Assembly (NCBI GenBank): GCA_947626095.1
Contig: CANQQV010000019.1
Location: 1-27,967, forward strand
DNA from: an uncultured Bacilli bacterium
GTDB lineage: Bacteria; Bacillota_I; Bacilli_A; RF39; UBA660
DNA: 27,967 bases
Reading direction: 5' to 3'
Shown: positions 18,205-27,457 of the stretch, one piece after another
Layout of the letters: every line of letters starts with the position of its first letter
Position numbering within the stretch: the first letter of the stretch is position 1
The notes under the pieces: generated by a model
The model's input: only the letters and a program-made list of their open reading frames with translations
The model's database searches: none
Told to the model about the DNA's origin: nothing
Position numbers and translations under genes: made by a program

Positions 18205-18742
18205 CTTTTTTAATAGTTATTAAATAGTTATCACTTTGACTGACACCAATAATAGCACCTTTGGAAATATAATCGTATAAACTATATTCGGTAACATCGA
18301 TATTACTATACCAGATATCTACGCCATCATTTCCTTGGATAATTACAGTATTACCTAAGTTATCTTTATCCCCAATAAAGACAATAATACCACCTTCTAA
18401 AGAATTAATTGGGGTTTCACGATTTACTAAAAACTTAGTAGCATCCCCTACTTTTTCATAGGAATTATTGTTATTAGTAACATTGGCGACTAAGGTATCT
18501 TCTTCTTTTTTATCTTCACCAATATATTTTTTATATAGTTTATTTAAATATGGAAAATCAAGATTCTTTTCTAAAACTTCTTTTTGATATTTACTTTTAA
18601 AGTCACTACTTAGATTAGTGAGAATTAAACTACTTAAAAGAAAGATAATAGCTAGTAGGAATTGCGTAAATAAAAGAGATAAATGATCGTTATTATTTTT
18701 TCTTCCTTTAAATTTTTTCTTATAATACTTGCTACCCTTCAT
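18167..18742 (-). CDS. spoIVFA: SpoIVFA-like membrane-anchored M23-fold protein
   Basis: Single TM, GIIVFIG..LGNTVIIQ..G..WYSN..V..YDYI.KG.IIG pattern; directly upstream of the M50 protease. Confidence 0.75.
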   Translation of the reverse strand: MKGSKYYKKKFKGRKNNNDHLSLLFTQFLLAIIFLLSSLILTNLSSDFKSKYQKEVLEKNLDFPYLNKLYKKYIGEDKKEEDTLVANVTNNNNSYEKVGDATKFLVNRETPINSLEGGIIVFIGDKDNLGNTVIIQGNDGVDIWYSNIDVTEYSLYDYISKGAIIGVSQSDNYLITIKKDDKTINYEDYIA

Positions 18743-18773
18743 AGTATCACCAATATATAATATGAAAGCGTAG

Positions 18774-19139
18774 TTACTTTAATAACCATTTATAATAAAA
18801 AAAAGCAATGAACTGAAGAGTTAAGCCACTAATAAAAGCAACTAAATAGTTACTGGAATAACCATTTAGAAAAAATAAAAGATTAAAATAGATTATATAT
18901 AGTAAGAGATTTTTTATTACTTGATATTTCTTTTTAAATTTAAAAGATTTAAAAAAATAATAGAGAATTAAAAGAATAAGAAAATTGGCTAAAAGTTTAT
19001 GATAGATAAGATCAAGAATTATACCGATAATAATAATTGATATAACATTATTTTTATCAAGATCAATAATCGTAAAATAAGTTTTAATAGGACAAAAGAA
19101 TAAAAGAAAATAATCTAAGGCAAAGCCTAAATAAATCAT
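18774..19139 (-). CDS. MreD-like polytopic membrane protein (short)
   Basis: Very hydrophobic, IGIILDLIY motif, overlaps mreC stop (ATGA). Confidence 0.55.
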   Translation of the reverse strand: MIYLGFALDYFLLFFCPIKTYFTIIDLDKNNVISIIIIGIILDLIYHKLLANFLILLILYYFFKSFKFKKKYQVIKNLLLYIIYFNLLFFLNGYSSNYLVAFISGLTLQFIAFFYYKWLLK

Positions 19140-19771
19140 TTTATACTACTTAAAACTCCGACATAGATTAAATCACTAGTATCTACTAATTCAACTTCTA
19201 ATTCTTGTCCTAAATTGTTTTCATCCATTTTGACTTTAGTTATTTTACCGACATATAAACCTTCAGGAATATTAGTAAGACCTGAGGTTGTAATAATATC
19301 ACCAACTTTTAACTCACTATATTTATCTAATAAATCAACTTTACTTCCTTTTAAATTGCCATAAGTATTGTTGGCTTTAACTGATAAGTTAATAGCACTA
19401 GATAAAAGTTTAACATGAGATTGTTCTTTATCTACTTTACTTATTATGCCAATTAAACCTTGTTCATTAACAACAGGATCACCAACGTTAACTTTATTAC
19501 TACCTACATTTATAACTATTTCATTATAAAAGTTATGAATGTCTCTTAAAGTAACACGAGCAATTTGATAATCATGATCTAACTCTTTAATTTGTTTGAC
19601 ATTTTTTAATTCATTACGCAGGATTTCTATTTCTTTTTGAGCAGTAGCAATGGTAACTATTTCTTCATTATCATATTTAAGGTAGTTAAAGAGATAATTA
19701 CCACAGATGGTAAAGATTATTAAAAGAATAAAAGAGATTATCTTAAATAAATACTTTTTTTTAGGTAACAA
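19136..19771 (-). CDS. mreC: Rod shape-determining protein MreC
   Basis: TM + coiled coil, IVINVGS, VVNEQGLIGII, VGDIITTSGL..IPEGLYVGKI; probable TTG start 19771 after GGTGA. Confidence 0.9.
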   Translation of the reverse strand: MLPKKKYLFKIISFILLIIFTICGNYLFNYLKYDNEEIVTIATAQKEIEILRNELKNVKQIKELDHDYQIARVTLRDIHNFYNEIVINVGSNKVNVGDPVVNEQGLIGIISKVDKEQSHVKLLSSAINLSVKANNTYGNLKGSKVDLLDKYSELKVGDIITTSGLTNIPEGLYVGKITKVKMDENNLGQELEVELVDTSDLIYVGVLSSIK

Positions 19772-20447
19772 ATAGATCACCAGCACTTTCTCTAAAGCTA
19801 TAATAATTATTCTTCCCAATTATTAGATGATCTATGACTGTTATACCAATTATTTTGCCTATTTTGATAAATTCATTAGTTAAAGTTAAATCAGCGAAAG
19901 ATGGTTCAATACTACCAGCTGGATGATTATGAACAATAATCATTTTACTGGCATTACATTTAACTCCTTCACGGAAGACATCACGAGCAGTAACACTACT
20001 ATTATTAACGGTGCCAATAAAGATAACTTTTTTAATAATAACTTTATTTTTAGTATCTAAATATATAGATAAAAATTTTTCTTGTAATTCATTTTCTAAT
20101 TCGTCTTTAACTAAGTAATAAGCATCTTTACTATCTTTTATTTTAGTTACTAAGTCTTCTTTAGATAGAACTCTTTTACCAAATTCAATAGCGCTTAATA
20201 AGGTAATTGCTTTTACTTCACCTATTCCTTTGATATTTTTTAAAGTATTATAGTTAAGATTAGTTAAATCATGTAATTTAATTTCTTTTAATAGATCAGT
20301 ACTTAACTCTTTAACAGATTTATTAGTAGTTCCGGTACGTAAAAGAATACTTAATAATTCTTCGTTACTAAGAGCTTTAGCACCATATTTTTTAAATCTT
20401 TCTCTTGGTCTTTCCGTAAGAGGGATTTCTTTAATTAAATAACTCAT
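19761..20447 (-). CDS. radC: RadC (JAB domain) protein
   Basis: ERPRER..GAKALSNEELLSILLRTG, IKGIGEVKA HhH, HNHPAG...PS..D, DHLIIG. Confidence 0.96.
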   Translation of the reverse strand: MSYLIKEIPLTERPRERFKKYGAKALSNEELLSILLRTGTTNKSVKELSTDLLKEIKLHDLTNLNYNTLKNIKGIGEVKAITLLSAIEFGKRVLSKEDLVTKIKDSKDAYYLVKDELENELQEKFLSIYLDTKNKVIIKKVIFIGTVNNSSVTARDVFREGVKCNASKMIIVHNHPAGSIEPSFADLTLTNEFIKIGKIIGITVIDHLIIGKNNYYSFRESAGDLFVT

Positions 20448-20875
20448 AACAACTCCTTATATTTATTTAAAACATCTAAATTAATCGTATTATAGGTATC
20501 ACTACTACTCTTTTTGATTAACTCTTCATCTTCTTTTATTTCTTTAACAAATTCTTTATTAACACTAATTTCTTTTAAATAGTAATTAAGGCCAATATGT
20601 TCATAGTATTTACTGACTTTATTAATAGCTTCTTTATCAGATAAGATAGCTACATAGACACGATATAAATTATCATCAGTAACGACGAGACCATTATTAC
20701 GAGCAGCAACTTTAGTGGCGTTATCATAGTTACTATAAACACCGATTTGAAAGGCATTGACGATTTTATTATTTAAATCATTATCTTCTTTTAAGACTAT
20801 TTTGTTAAACATAAAGATAGCTAAGATACTGCCAATTAAAATAGCACTAAAAATAATAAGTAAATTTTTTTTCAT
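20444..20875 (-). CDS. Membrane-anchored SPOR-like domain protein (occupies the spoIIB position)
   Basis: N-terminal TM, AFQIGVYSNYDNA...LYRVYV SPOR-type pattern; AGGTGA RBS. Confidence 0.6.
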   Translation of the reverse strand: MKKNLLIIFSAILIGSILAIFMFNKIVLKEDNDLNNKIVNAFQIGVYSNYDNATKVAARNNGLVVTDDNLYRVYVAILSDKEAINKVSKYYEHIGLNYYLKEISVNKEFVKEIKEDEELIKKSSSDTYNTINLDVLNKYKELL

Positions 20876-20944
20876 ATTATCACCTATTTTAAAATATCGT
20901 ATTTATAGTTAATTAAATGTCGATGTGTGTCTATCCTTTCATTA

Positions 20945-20976
20945 TAATTATTCGCGATAAATTGTTTATTTCCTTT
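20945..20976 (-). promoter_or_regulatory. SigH-like promoter motif upstream of SPOR-radC-mreCD
   Basis: Minus: AAAGGAAAT-11 nt-CGCGAATAATTA; both arms identical to 2143-2174. Confidence 0.6.
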
Positions 20977-20984
20977 TTTTTCAT

Positions 20985-21013
20985 GAAAAAAGATCCTGAA
21001 TGGATCTATTTTT
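20985..21013. terminator. Intergenic hairpin/terminator
   Basis: AGATCC-tgaat-GGATCT flanked by A and T runs. Confidence 0.5.
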
Positions 21014-21095
21014 ATGAATTATCTGGGATATAATTTTAGGTAGTTAGTTTTAATATACAAATTTGACTAATTAAAATAGTTTGATTTTTATTAAC

Positions 21096-21116
21096 AAAAA
21101 AGGCCTTAGAGGGCCT
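21096..21116 (-). terminator. Intrinsic terminator after smc
   Basis: AGGCC-7 nt-GGCCT stem followed by T run on minus. Confidence 0.65.
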
Positions 21117-24054
21117 AATTTTCTAGTTTAACACTAACTATTTTAGAAACACCTGACTCTTGCATTGTTACACCATATAAAGCATCAGCATATTCCATAG
21201 TTTTCTTTTTATGCGTGATAATAACAAATTGACTTTTTTCTTTACAAGATAATAAGTATTTGCCAAATGATTCAACATTAACTTCATCTAATGCTGCTTC
21301 TACCTCATCTAGGATAACAAATGGTACTGGTTTAACATTTAAAATAGAAAATAACAAAGCAATAGCTGTAAGGGTTTTTTCACCACCAGATAGTAAAGCA
21401 ATGGAATTTAGTTTTTTACCTGGAGGTACAGCTGATATTTCAATACCAGTATTTAAGATATCATCAGGGTTAGTAAGTTCTAGGATACCTTCCCCACCTT
21501 TAAATAGTTTTTTAAAGACAACTTTAAATTCTTCTTTAATTTGTTCAAAAGTTGTAGAGAATTTATTTTTCATTATTTCATCCATTTCAGAAATAACATT
21601 AAGAAGACTACTAACAGATTCTTCTAAGTCATTACGTTGGTTAGTTAGGAAGTTATAACGGTCATTGATTCTTTCATATTCAGAAATACTACCGGTATTA
21701 ACTTCACCTAAACTTTTAATTTTGGCTTTTAAGTTACTAACAGTAATCTTAGCAGTATCGTAATCAACATCTAAGGAATAGTTATCATGAGCTTTTTCAT
21801 AAGTTAAGTTATAATTTTCATTTAAACTAAGTAGTAAGCTATCTAATTTAACATCCATTTTGCCCATTTTAATTTCTTCTATTTTTAATTCATTTTGTTT
21901 TTGGGTAATTTTACTATTCATTTCACGATAAGTTTTTTCTAAAGTATTTATTTCTTCAGTTAAACTAAATTTATCACTTTTTAATTTATTTACTTCTTTA
22001 GTTAAATCATCTTTTTGAGATAGAACTTGGTAATAAGTATTAACAATGTTTTCTAGTTCTTGGTCTAAAGTATTATTACTTTTATTTAATGAACCATTAA
22101 GTTCATTGTTTTTATTATTATAATTTTCTTGATATTCCGTTAAACGATTAGTTTTAATAGTATATTCTTCTTTTAAACCAATTACTTCACGTTCGTTAGT
22201 TTCTAGAAGAAGAGCGGTATTATTTATTTCGTTATTAACTTCTTTGATGTCTTGTTCTAATTTAGTTAAATTATTTTGTTTTTTAGCTAGTTCTTTATGT
22301 AAATTATCTAGTTCATATTTTTGATTTAATAAACCATTACTAGATTTAATCGTACCACCAGTAATAGCGCCACCACTATATTGAATTTCGCCTTCTAGAG
22401 TAACAATTTTATATTTATAATTTAGTAATTTACCTATTTTATTTAGTGAATCAATATGATCAACAACGATCACATTACCTAGTTGGTTTAAGACAATACT
22501 ACGATATTTTTCATCATATCTAACTAGGGATTCAGCAGTACCGATATAACCATCGATTTCTTTAATCTTTTCTAAATCTTCAAACATGATATTACGTGGT
22601 TTAATGATAGATATAGGAAAGAAAGTAGCACGACCTAAACGATTTTCTTTTAAGTAGTTAATAGCTTCTTTAGCACAATTTTCATCATCAACGACAATAA
22701 CATTACTATTAGCTCCTAATGAGGTTTCTACAGCTGTTACGTATTTTTCAGGTACATCTAGTAATTTGCCAAGGACACCATGAATCCCACGAAGACGAAT
22801 GTTATTTATAACATTTTTAACACTATATGGAAGTTTAGTATCATTATTAATATTTTCTTCAATAATAGCGATTTTATTAGTTAAAGCCATTATTTCACGA
22901 GTTGTATTACTTAAGGTATTATTTAAAGTAATTCGTTTGTTTTTAGCATCTTCACTTTTCTTAGTTAATTCCATATTTTTAAGTTGTTTGACTTCTAATT
23001 CTTTTTTTAAATTATCAAGATCATTAGTTAAAGAATTAATTGTATTATTTAAGTTTAGAACTTCTTCTTTTAGACTTAAAATATTTTCTTGAAGTTTATC
23101 ACTATCTACTTCGTATTTTTGACGCTCTAAAGTTATTTGTTTTTGACTTTGTAAACTAGCTATTTCGGTAGTAAGTTCATTTATTTTATTAGTTTCGGCT
23201 TCAATATCTTCATCTAATTTTAATGATTTTAATTTTAATTCTTCAACTTTAGAAGAATCAGTAGTATTAGTAGAGGATAATTCATCTACTTCATCATTTA
23301 GTCTTTTAATATTTTCTTTAACAGTTTGATATTCGTTATTTATTTTTTCAATATCCGTCGCAATTAAAGCAATTTCGATATTTTCTAAGTCATCTTTATA
23401 TTCTAAGTATTTACGAGCTTTTTCTGATTGTTCTTTTAAAGGGGTTAAGGTGATTAATAGTTCATCGATAAGTAAATTAACTCTTTCTAAGTTTTCATTG
23501 GTACGATCTAATTTACGAAATGATTCTTCTTTACGTTTTTTATATTTTAAGACACCAGCAGCTTCTTCAAAAATAACACGACGTTCTTCAGGTTTATTGT
23601 TTATAACATCGGCAACAGCACCTTGAGAAATAATATTAAAGGATTCACGACCGGCACCACTATCTAAAAACAAATCAGTTATGTCTTTTAGTCTTACTTT
23701 ACTATTATTGATGTAATATTCATTTTCACCGGTTTTATATACTACTCTTTTAATTTCAATTTCATTAAATTCACTATTTAAGTAATGATCACTATTATCA
23801 AAGACTAAGCTAACACTAGCTCTAGTTTTTTCACTACGAGTTTTAGAACCGGTAAAGATAACATCAATCATTGAAGTATCACCACGTAAGGCTTTAACTG
23901 ATTGTTCACCTAAAACCCATCTAACAGCATCAACAATGTTACTCTTACCAGAACCATTAGGTCCTACAACACCGGTTATGCCCTTATCGATATCTAATTC
24001 AATTTTATCAGCAAATGATTTAAACCCATTTGCTCTAATACACTTCAAGTACAT
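21115..24054 (-). CDS. smc: Chromosome segregation protein SMC (short-arm, 979 aa)
   Basis: GFKSF, Walker A GPNGSGKSN, hinge GRATFFP, signature LSGGEK, Walker B LDEVEAALD; follows rnc. Confidence 0.97.
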   Translation of the reverse strand: MYLKCIRANGFKSFADKIELDIDKGITGVVGPNGSGKSNIVDAVRWVLGEQSVKALRGDTSMIDVIFTGSKTRSEKTRASVSLVFDNSDHYLNSEFNEIEIKRVVYKTGENEYYINNSKVRLKDITDLFLDSGAGRESFNIISQGAVADVINNKPEERRVIFEEAAGVLKYKKRKEESFRKLDRTNENLERVNLLIDELLITLTPLKEQSEKARKYLEYKDDLENIEIALIATDIEKINNEYQTVKENIKRLNDEVDELSSTNTTDSSKVEELKLKSLKLDEDIEAETNKINELTTEIASLQSQKQITLERQKYEVDSDKLQENILSLKEEVLNLNNTINSLTNDLDNLKKELEVKQLKNMELTKKSEDAKNKRITLNNTLSNTTREIMALTNKIAIIEENINNDTKLPYSVKNVINNIRLRGIHGVLGKLLDVPEKYVTAVETSLGANSNVIVVDDENCAKEAINYLKENRLGRATFFPISIIKPRNIMFEDLEKIKEIDGYIGTAESLVRYDEKYRSIVLNQLGNVIVVDHIDSLNKIGKLLNYKYKIVTLEGEIQYSGGAITGGTIKSSNGLLNQKYELDNLHKELAKKQNNLTKLEQDIKEVNNEINNTALLLETNEREVIGLKEEYTIKTNRLTEYQENYNNKNNELNGSLNKSNNTLDQELENIVNTYYQVLSQKDDLTKEVNKLKSDKFSLTEEINTLEKTYREMNSKITQKQNELKIEEIKMGKMDVKLDSLLLSLNENYNLTYEKAHDNYSLDVDYDTAKITVSNLKAKIKSLGEVNTGSISEYERINDRYNFLTNQRNDLEESVSSLLNVISEMDEIMKNKFSTTFEQIKEEFKVVFKKLFKGGEGILELTNPDDILNTGIEISAVPPGKKLNSIALLSGGEKTLTAIALLFSILNVKPVPFVILDEVEAALDEVNVESFGKYLLSCKEKSQFVIITHKKKTMEYADALYGVTMQESGVSKIVSVKLEN

Positions 24055-24059
24055 TTAAA

Positions 24060-24713
24060 TCACCTAATTTTAGCTTGTTTATTATAGGCATCTAAGGCCG
24101 CCCTTTGCTCAGCTTCTTTCTTTGATTTGCCACTACCTCTACCATAGATTATATCATCGATAACTACTTCAACATAAAACATCTTATCATGAGCTGGTCC
24201 TTCTTCACCTACTAAACGATATTCTAAAGATTTTTTAGTCGTTTGAACTAGTTCTTGTAATTTACTTTTATAATCACCTAAGAAAATATTATGATTTTTA
24301 ATACAAGGTACGACTACTTGATCAAATAAACTACGAGCTGCTTCTAACCCTTGATCTAAGTAAATACAACCCATAATACTTTCAAAAATATCAGCAACAA
24401 TGGTTTCATTAATATTATTTAATTGACCGTGACCTACTCGGATATATGGGGTATAATCAACTAATTCAGCATATTTAGCACATGCACTCTCACAAACGTA
24501 TGAAGCTCTGGTCTTACTCATATCACCTTCAGATAACTCCATATTTTTATAAAGATAATCACTAGTTAATATTTGTAAAACTGCATCTCCTAAAAATTCT
24601 AGTCTTTCGTAATTTTCACAATCATGTTCATTAGAATATGAAGAATGAGTTAAAGCTCTTAATAAAAGTTCTTTATCATTAATATAAATTCCGTATTTTT
24701 CTAAAAAATCCAT
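24060..24713 (-). CDS. rnc: Ribonuclease III
   Basis: ALTHSS, NYERLEFLGDAVL, dsRBD DYKSKLQE...GKSKKEAEQRAA. Confidence 0.98.
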   Translation of the reverse strand: MDFLEKYGIYINDKELLLRALTHSSYSNEHDCENYERLEFLGDAVLQILTSDYLYKNMELSEGDMSKTRASYVCESACAKYAELVDYTPYIRVGHGQLNNINETIVADIFESIMGCIYLDQGLEAARSLFDQVVVPCIKNHNIFLGDYKSKLQELVQTTKKSLEYRLVGEEGPAHDKMFYVEVVIDDIIYGRGSGKSKKEAEQRAALDAYNKQAKIR

Positions 24714-24840
24714 ATTATCACCTTTTTCATTATAACAAATCTCCTAAATATTTACTAGTAATATCATAGCGAATAAAATTTACAAAAGAAATAAAATATA
24801 GTAAAATTATTATGTTATATGAATTATATCGGAGGAATAT

Positions 24841-25704
24841 ATGAAAAAGAAAATTATCTATTTATTGTTAATAGCTTTAATAACTTTAACTTGTGCAACA
24901 GGATGTTTTGATCAAGATGAGCTAGAAGGTTCACATATTACAACAACGGTTTATCCAATTGAATATATTGTTACTAGATTATATACAAATGGTGATGTTA
25001 CATCTATTTATCCAAATGATACTGATGTTACAAATTATAAATTAACAGACAAACAAATTAATGATATATCTAAGTCAACGACGATTTTTATCTATAATGG
25101 AACAACTGATGAAAAAGAAATAGCTAAAGCTTTAGTTAATAAGAATAATAATTTACAAATAATTGATCCATCATTTAATTATAAATATGGAGTTGAAGAA
25201 TTATGGTTAAGTCCTAATAATTTATTAACAATGGCAGATACGATTAAAATGAAGTTAAAAGAATTAAGTACTTCTAAGTATGCTGCAGAAGAGATTGAAA
25301 AGAATTATGCCTTATTAGAAGAAGATATATCAACATTAGATGCTAATTTAAGAAATATTGCGAAAAGTGCTAAAAACAATAATAAAGGAACAATAGTTAT
25401 TGCTTATGATTCGTTTGGATTCTTAGAAAAATATGGCTTTGATGTAATTAATATTTCAAGTGAAAGTAATATTACAACAAGTATTAAAAATAAATTTAAA
25501 GATAAAACTTATAAACAAATATTTGTAGCTGATAAAAATAATGTTTCAGATAGTGTTAAAGATTTAGTAGATAATTATGGAGCAGAATTAATCGAAATAA
25601 ATACGATGGATACTTTAACAGAAGAAGAAAGAAGTAATAATGATAATTATCTAACAATTATGAATGATTTTTTAAATACTCTATCCAATATTGTATTAAG
25701 TTAA
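24841..25704 (+). CDS. ZnuA/AdcA-fold ABC substrate-binding lipoprotein lacking canonical metal-binding His
   Basis: Lipobox ATGC, TTVYPIEYIV, IFIYNG, LWLSP, SFGFL..YG, YLTIM; GGAGG RBS. Confidence 0.75.
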   Translation: MKKKIIYLLLIALITLTCATGCFDQDELEGSHITTTVYPIEYIVTRLYTNGDVTSIYPNDTDVTNYKLTDKQINDISKSTTIFIYNGTTDEKEIAKALVNKNNNLQIIDPSFNYKYGVEELWLSPNNLLTMADTIKMKLKELSTSKYAAEEIEKNYALLEEDISTLDANLRNIAKSAKNNNKGTIVIAYDSFGFLEKYGFDVINISSESNITTSIKNKFKDKTYKQIFVADKNNVSDSVKDLVDNYGAELIEINTMDTLTEEERSNNDNYLTIMNDFLNTLSNIVLS

Positions 25705-25730
25705 AGAACCTCACGATGTGAGGTTTTTAT
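25705..25730. terminator. Terminator between convergent genes
   Basis: AACCTCAC-gat-GTGAGGTT hairpin, T run on + side. Confidence 0.75.
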
Positions 25731-26379
25731 TTGGTTTCTTTGTCAATTTTGTAATTATTTTATCCATTAAACGAGGTGTTTTTTTCTTTTCTTTAATAAA
25801 GCAAACAACATAATAAGTTTCTTTAGAAATAAGTTGATAAGAAGGTTGTTCTTCTTTTATTATGCCTTGTTTTTTTAATGAAGCTATTCCCCTATCTACT
25901 GCTTCTTGGTAATGAGTAGGTTCTTCACCATTAATTGGTTCAAGAAGATAATAATTAGGAATAATAGTACTTTTAAAACATAAATTTAAGTCGTCATAAC
26001 GTTTTACTATTTTATCATCTGGGATTAAAGGAATAGTATAATTAGCATCTTTACGTACTATACTGATGATATCTCTTAAATCATCCATTTTGTGTTCAAC
26101 TATATCTTTATTGCCATTATGAGTTGAAGATAAATTAATTATTAGACTACTTAAATGATAATCAGTATAATCGGCATAATCACGATAATCTATAATAATA
26201 TCAGTAGCTAATATTTTATTTAATAAAGAGTTTTTGGATTTAATAAAGTCATAATCTAAGAAACCTTGATTAATGAATGATAAGTAGTAATTCATTAATA
26301 TTTCACTTTTGTATAATCTAGCTAAAAACAATATGTCTCTTACTTGGACATACACTTTTTCATTAACAATAATTTTCAT
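25711..26379 (-). CDS. Hypothetical protein
   Basis: 222-aa ORF with AAGGAGGT RBS; no recognisable motif. Confidence 0.75.
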   Translation of the reverse strand: MKIIVNEKVYVQVRDILFLARLYKSEILMNYYLSFINQGFLDYDFIKSKNSLLNKILATDIIIDYRDYADYTDYHLSSLIINLSSTHNGNKDIVEHKMDDLRDIISIVRKDANYTIPLIPDDKIVKRYDDLNLCFKSTIIPNYYLLEPINGEEPTHYQEAVDRGIASLKKQGIIKEEQPSYQLISKETYYVVCFIKEKKKTPRLMDKIITKLTKKPNKNLTS

Positions 26380-26457
26380 AGTAATACCTCCTTAATAACA
26401 TGCAAAAAAATTTTATTATATAAGATATATAATAATTAATTAAAAAGATAATAGTTA

Positions 26458-26520
26458 TTAAAGACACCCAAGAGGAATATCTTTACTATTATTCGAGTTA
26501 TGATCGTCAGTATCTAGCAT
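26458..26520 (-). CDS. Candidate 20-aa small ORF (MLDTDDHNSNNSKDIPLGCL)
   Basis: GAAGGGAGG RBS 7 nt before ATG in an otherwise AT-rich intergenic gap; ends TAA. Confidence 0.45.
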   Translation of the reverse strand: MLDTDDHNSNNSKDIPLGCL

Positions 26521-26602
26521 ATATATTCCTCCCTTCAAACTATTTTTACCCTAACACAATAATAAATTTTATGCAACTTTTTTAGGAAATTAGTGTCAAT
26601 TA

Positions 26603-27259
26603 CTAATAAGAAATGGAGATAATATCTGTAAAATAAGCATGACCGATACGATCTTTTACTTCGCTATCATTAACGACATGACCAGTAATTAAGTTAATGG
26701 TAGTTAGGGAACTACCACCACCACTATAGGAAATGTGCGCCACTTCGATTATTTCTTTTTGATGATCAATATCACATATAATACCAATATGATGCTTTTG
26801 ATAAGCTAAATCCCCTATTTTAATTTTGGTGATAATATCTGCATCATTTAATTTATATATAGGACCTATTTGAAGGAAATCTTGACTATTTAAGGAATAA
26901 TCATGGTTAACATTGGCAATATATTTTTCAAGGTTGTAACCACAATTAACTAAACACCAAGTTACAAAGCCAGAACAGTCAAACGAATATGGATAGTATT
27001 TACCTACGATAAAGTTATCACTGCCATAATCAGTAATCATTTGGGGAATTCCCCATTTTTTATTTAAACCTAATAATTCTTCTTTAGTTAAGTTATGGCC
27101 ACCACCCCAAAAGTAAGGTAGTTTAGGGAATTTAGTGACCATGTAATAAGCTAGTTTACCTACTTTTAGATTGGTACTTACTGAACTTTGGATTATTTTA
27201 TTAAAGTCTTCTTCATAAGCTTTATAATCATAATACTCTGTTATATAGTCTCTTGTCAT
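26603..27259 (-). CDS. NlpC/P60-family cysteine hydrolase
   Basis: PYFWGGGH, FDCSGFVTW, KIGDL, HHIGII, VAH; no signal peptide. Confidence 0.85.
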   Translation of the reverse strand: MTRDYITEYYDYKAYEEDFNKIIQSSVSTNLKVGKLAYYMVTKFPKLPYFWGGGHNLTKEELLGLNKKWGIPQMITDYGSDNFIVGKYYPYSFDCSGFVTWCLVNCGYNLEKYIANVNHDYSLNSQDFLQIGPIYKLNDADIITKIKIGDLAYQKHHIGIICDIDHQKEIIEVAHISYSGGGSSLTTINLITGHVVNDSEVKDRIGHAYFTDIISISY

Positions 27260-27296
27260 ACTATTAATATATTTTTAATTGATAAATTTATGCACG

Positions 27297-27320
27297 AAAA
27301 AACTTCGGAATATCCGAAGT
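27297..27320 (-). terminator. Intrinsic terminator after tRNA-Ser
   Basis: ACTTCGGA-3 nt-TCCGAAGT hairpin followed by T run on minus. Confidence 0.85.
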
Positions 27321-27332
27321 GTATTTATATAA

Positions 27333-27423
27333 TGGCGGAGCAGGAGAGATTTGAACTCTCGCGCCAGTTACCCGACCTACACCCTTAGCAGGGGCGCCTC
27401 TTCAGCCTCTTGAGTACTGCTCC
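27333..27423 (-). tRNA. tRNA-Ser(GCT)
   Basis: GGAGCAG acceptor stem, CCC-tGCTaa-GGG anticodon arm, long variable arm, GTTCAAATC T-loop, encoded CCA. Confidence 0.97.
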
Positions 27424-27457
27424 ATAACCAAGGTAACAAATAAATTATAACTAATTA

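Noticed and set aside
18750-18790. SigE promoter for spoIVFA (CATATTAT)
   Set aside because: The -10 is plausible by synteny, but the -35 match is poor and such motifs are frequent in AT-rich DNA.
20918-20924. Spo0A box (TGTCGAT)
   Set aside because: A single copy with a mismatch to TGNCGAA; not distinguishable from chance.
24760-24780. GCGAATAA upstream of the lipoprotein as a fourth SigH-like promoter
   Set aside because: No AGGA -35 element at the required distance.
35-27388. Plus-strand short ORFs (35, 338, 647, 4358, 7533, 7807, 8865, 14342, 15812, 16592, 21260, 22799, 27188)
   Set aside because: Antisense shadows of well-supported minus-strand genes or the tRNA, with no RBS or motifs.
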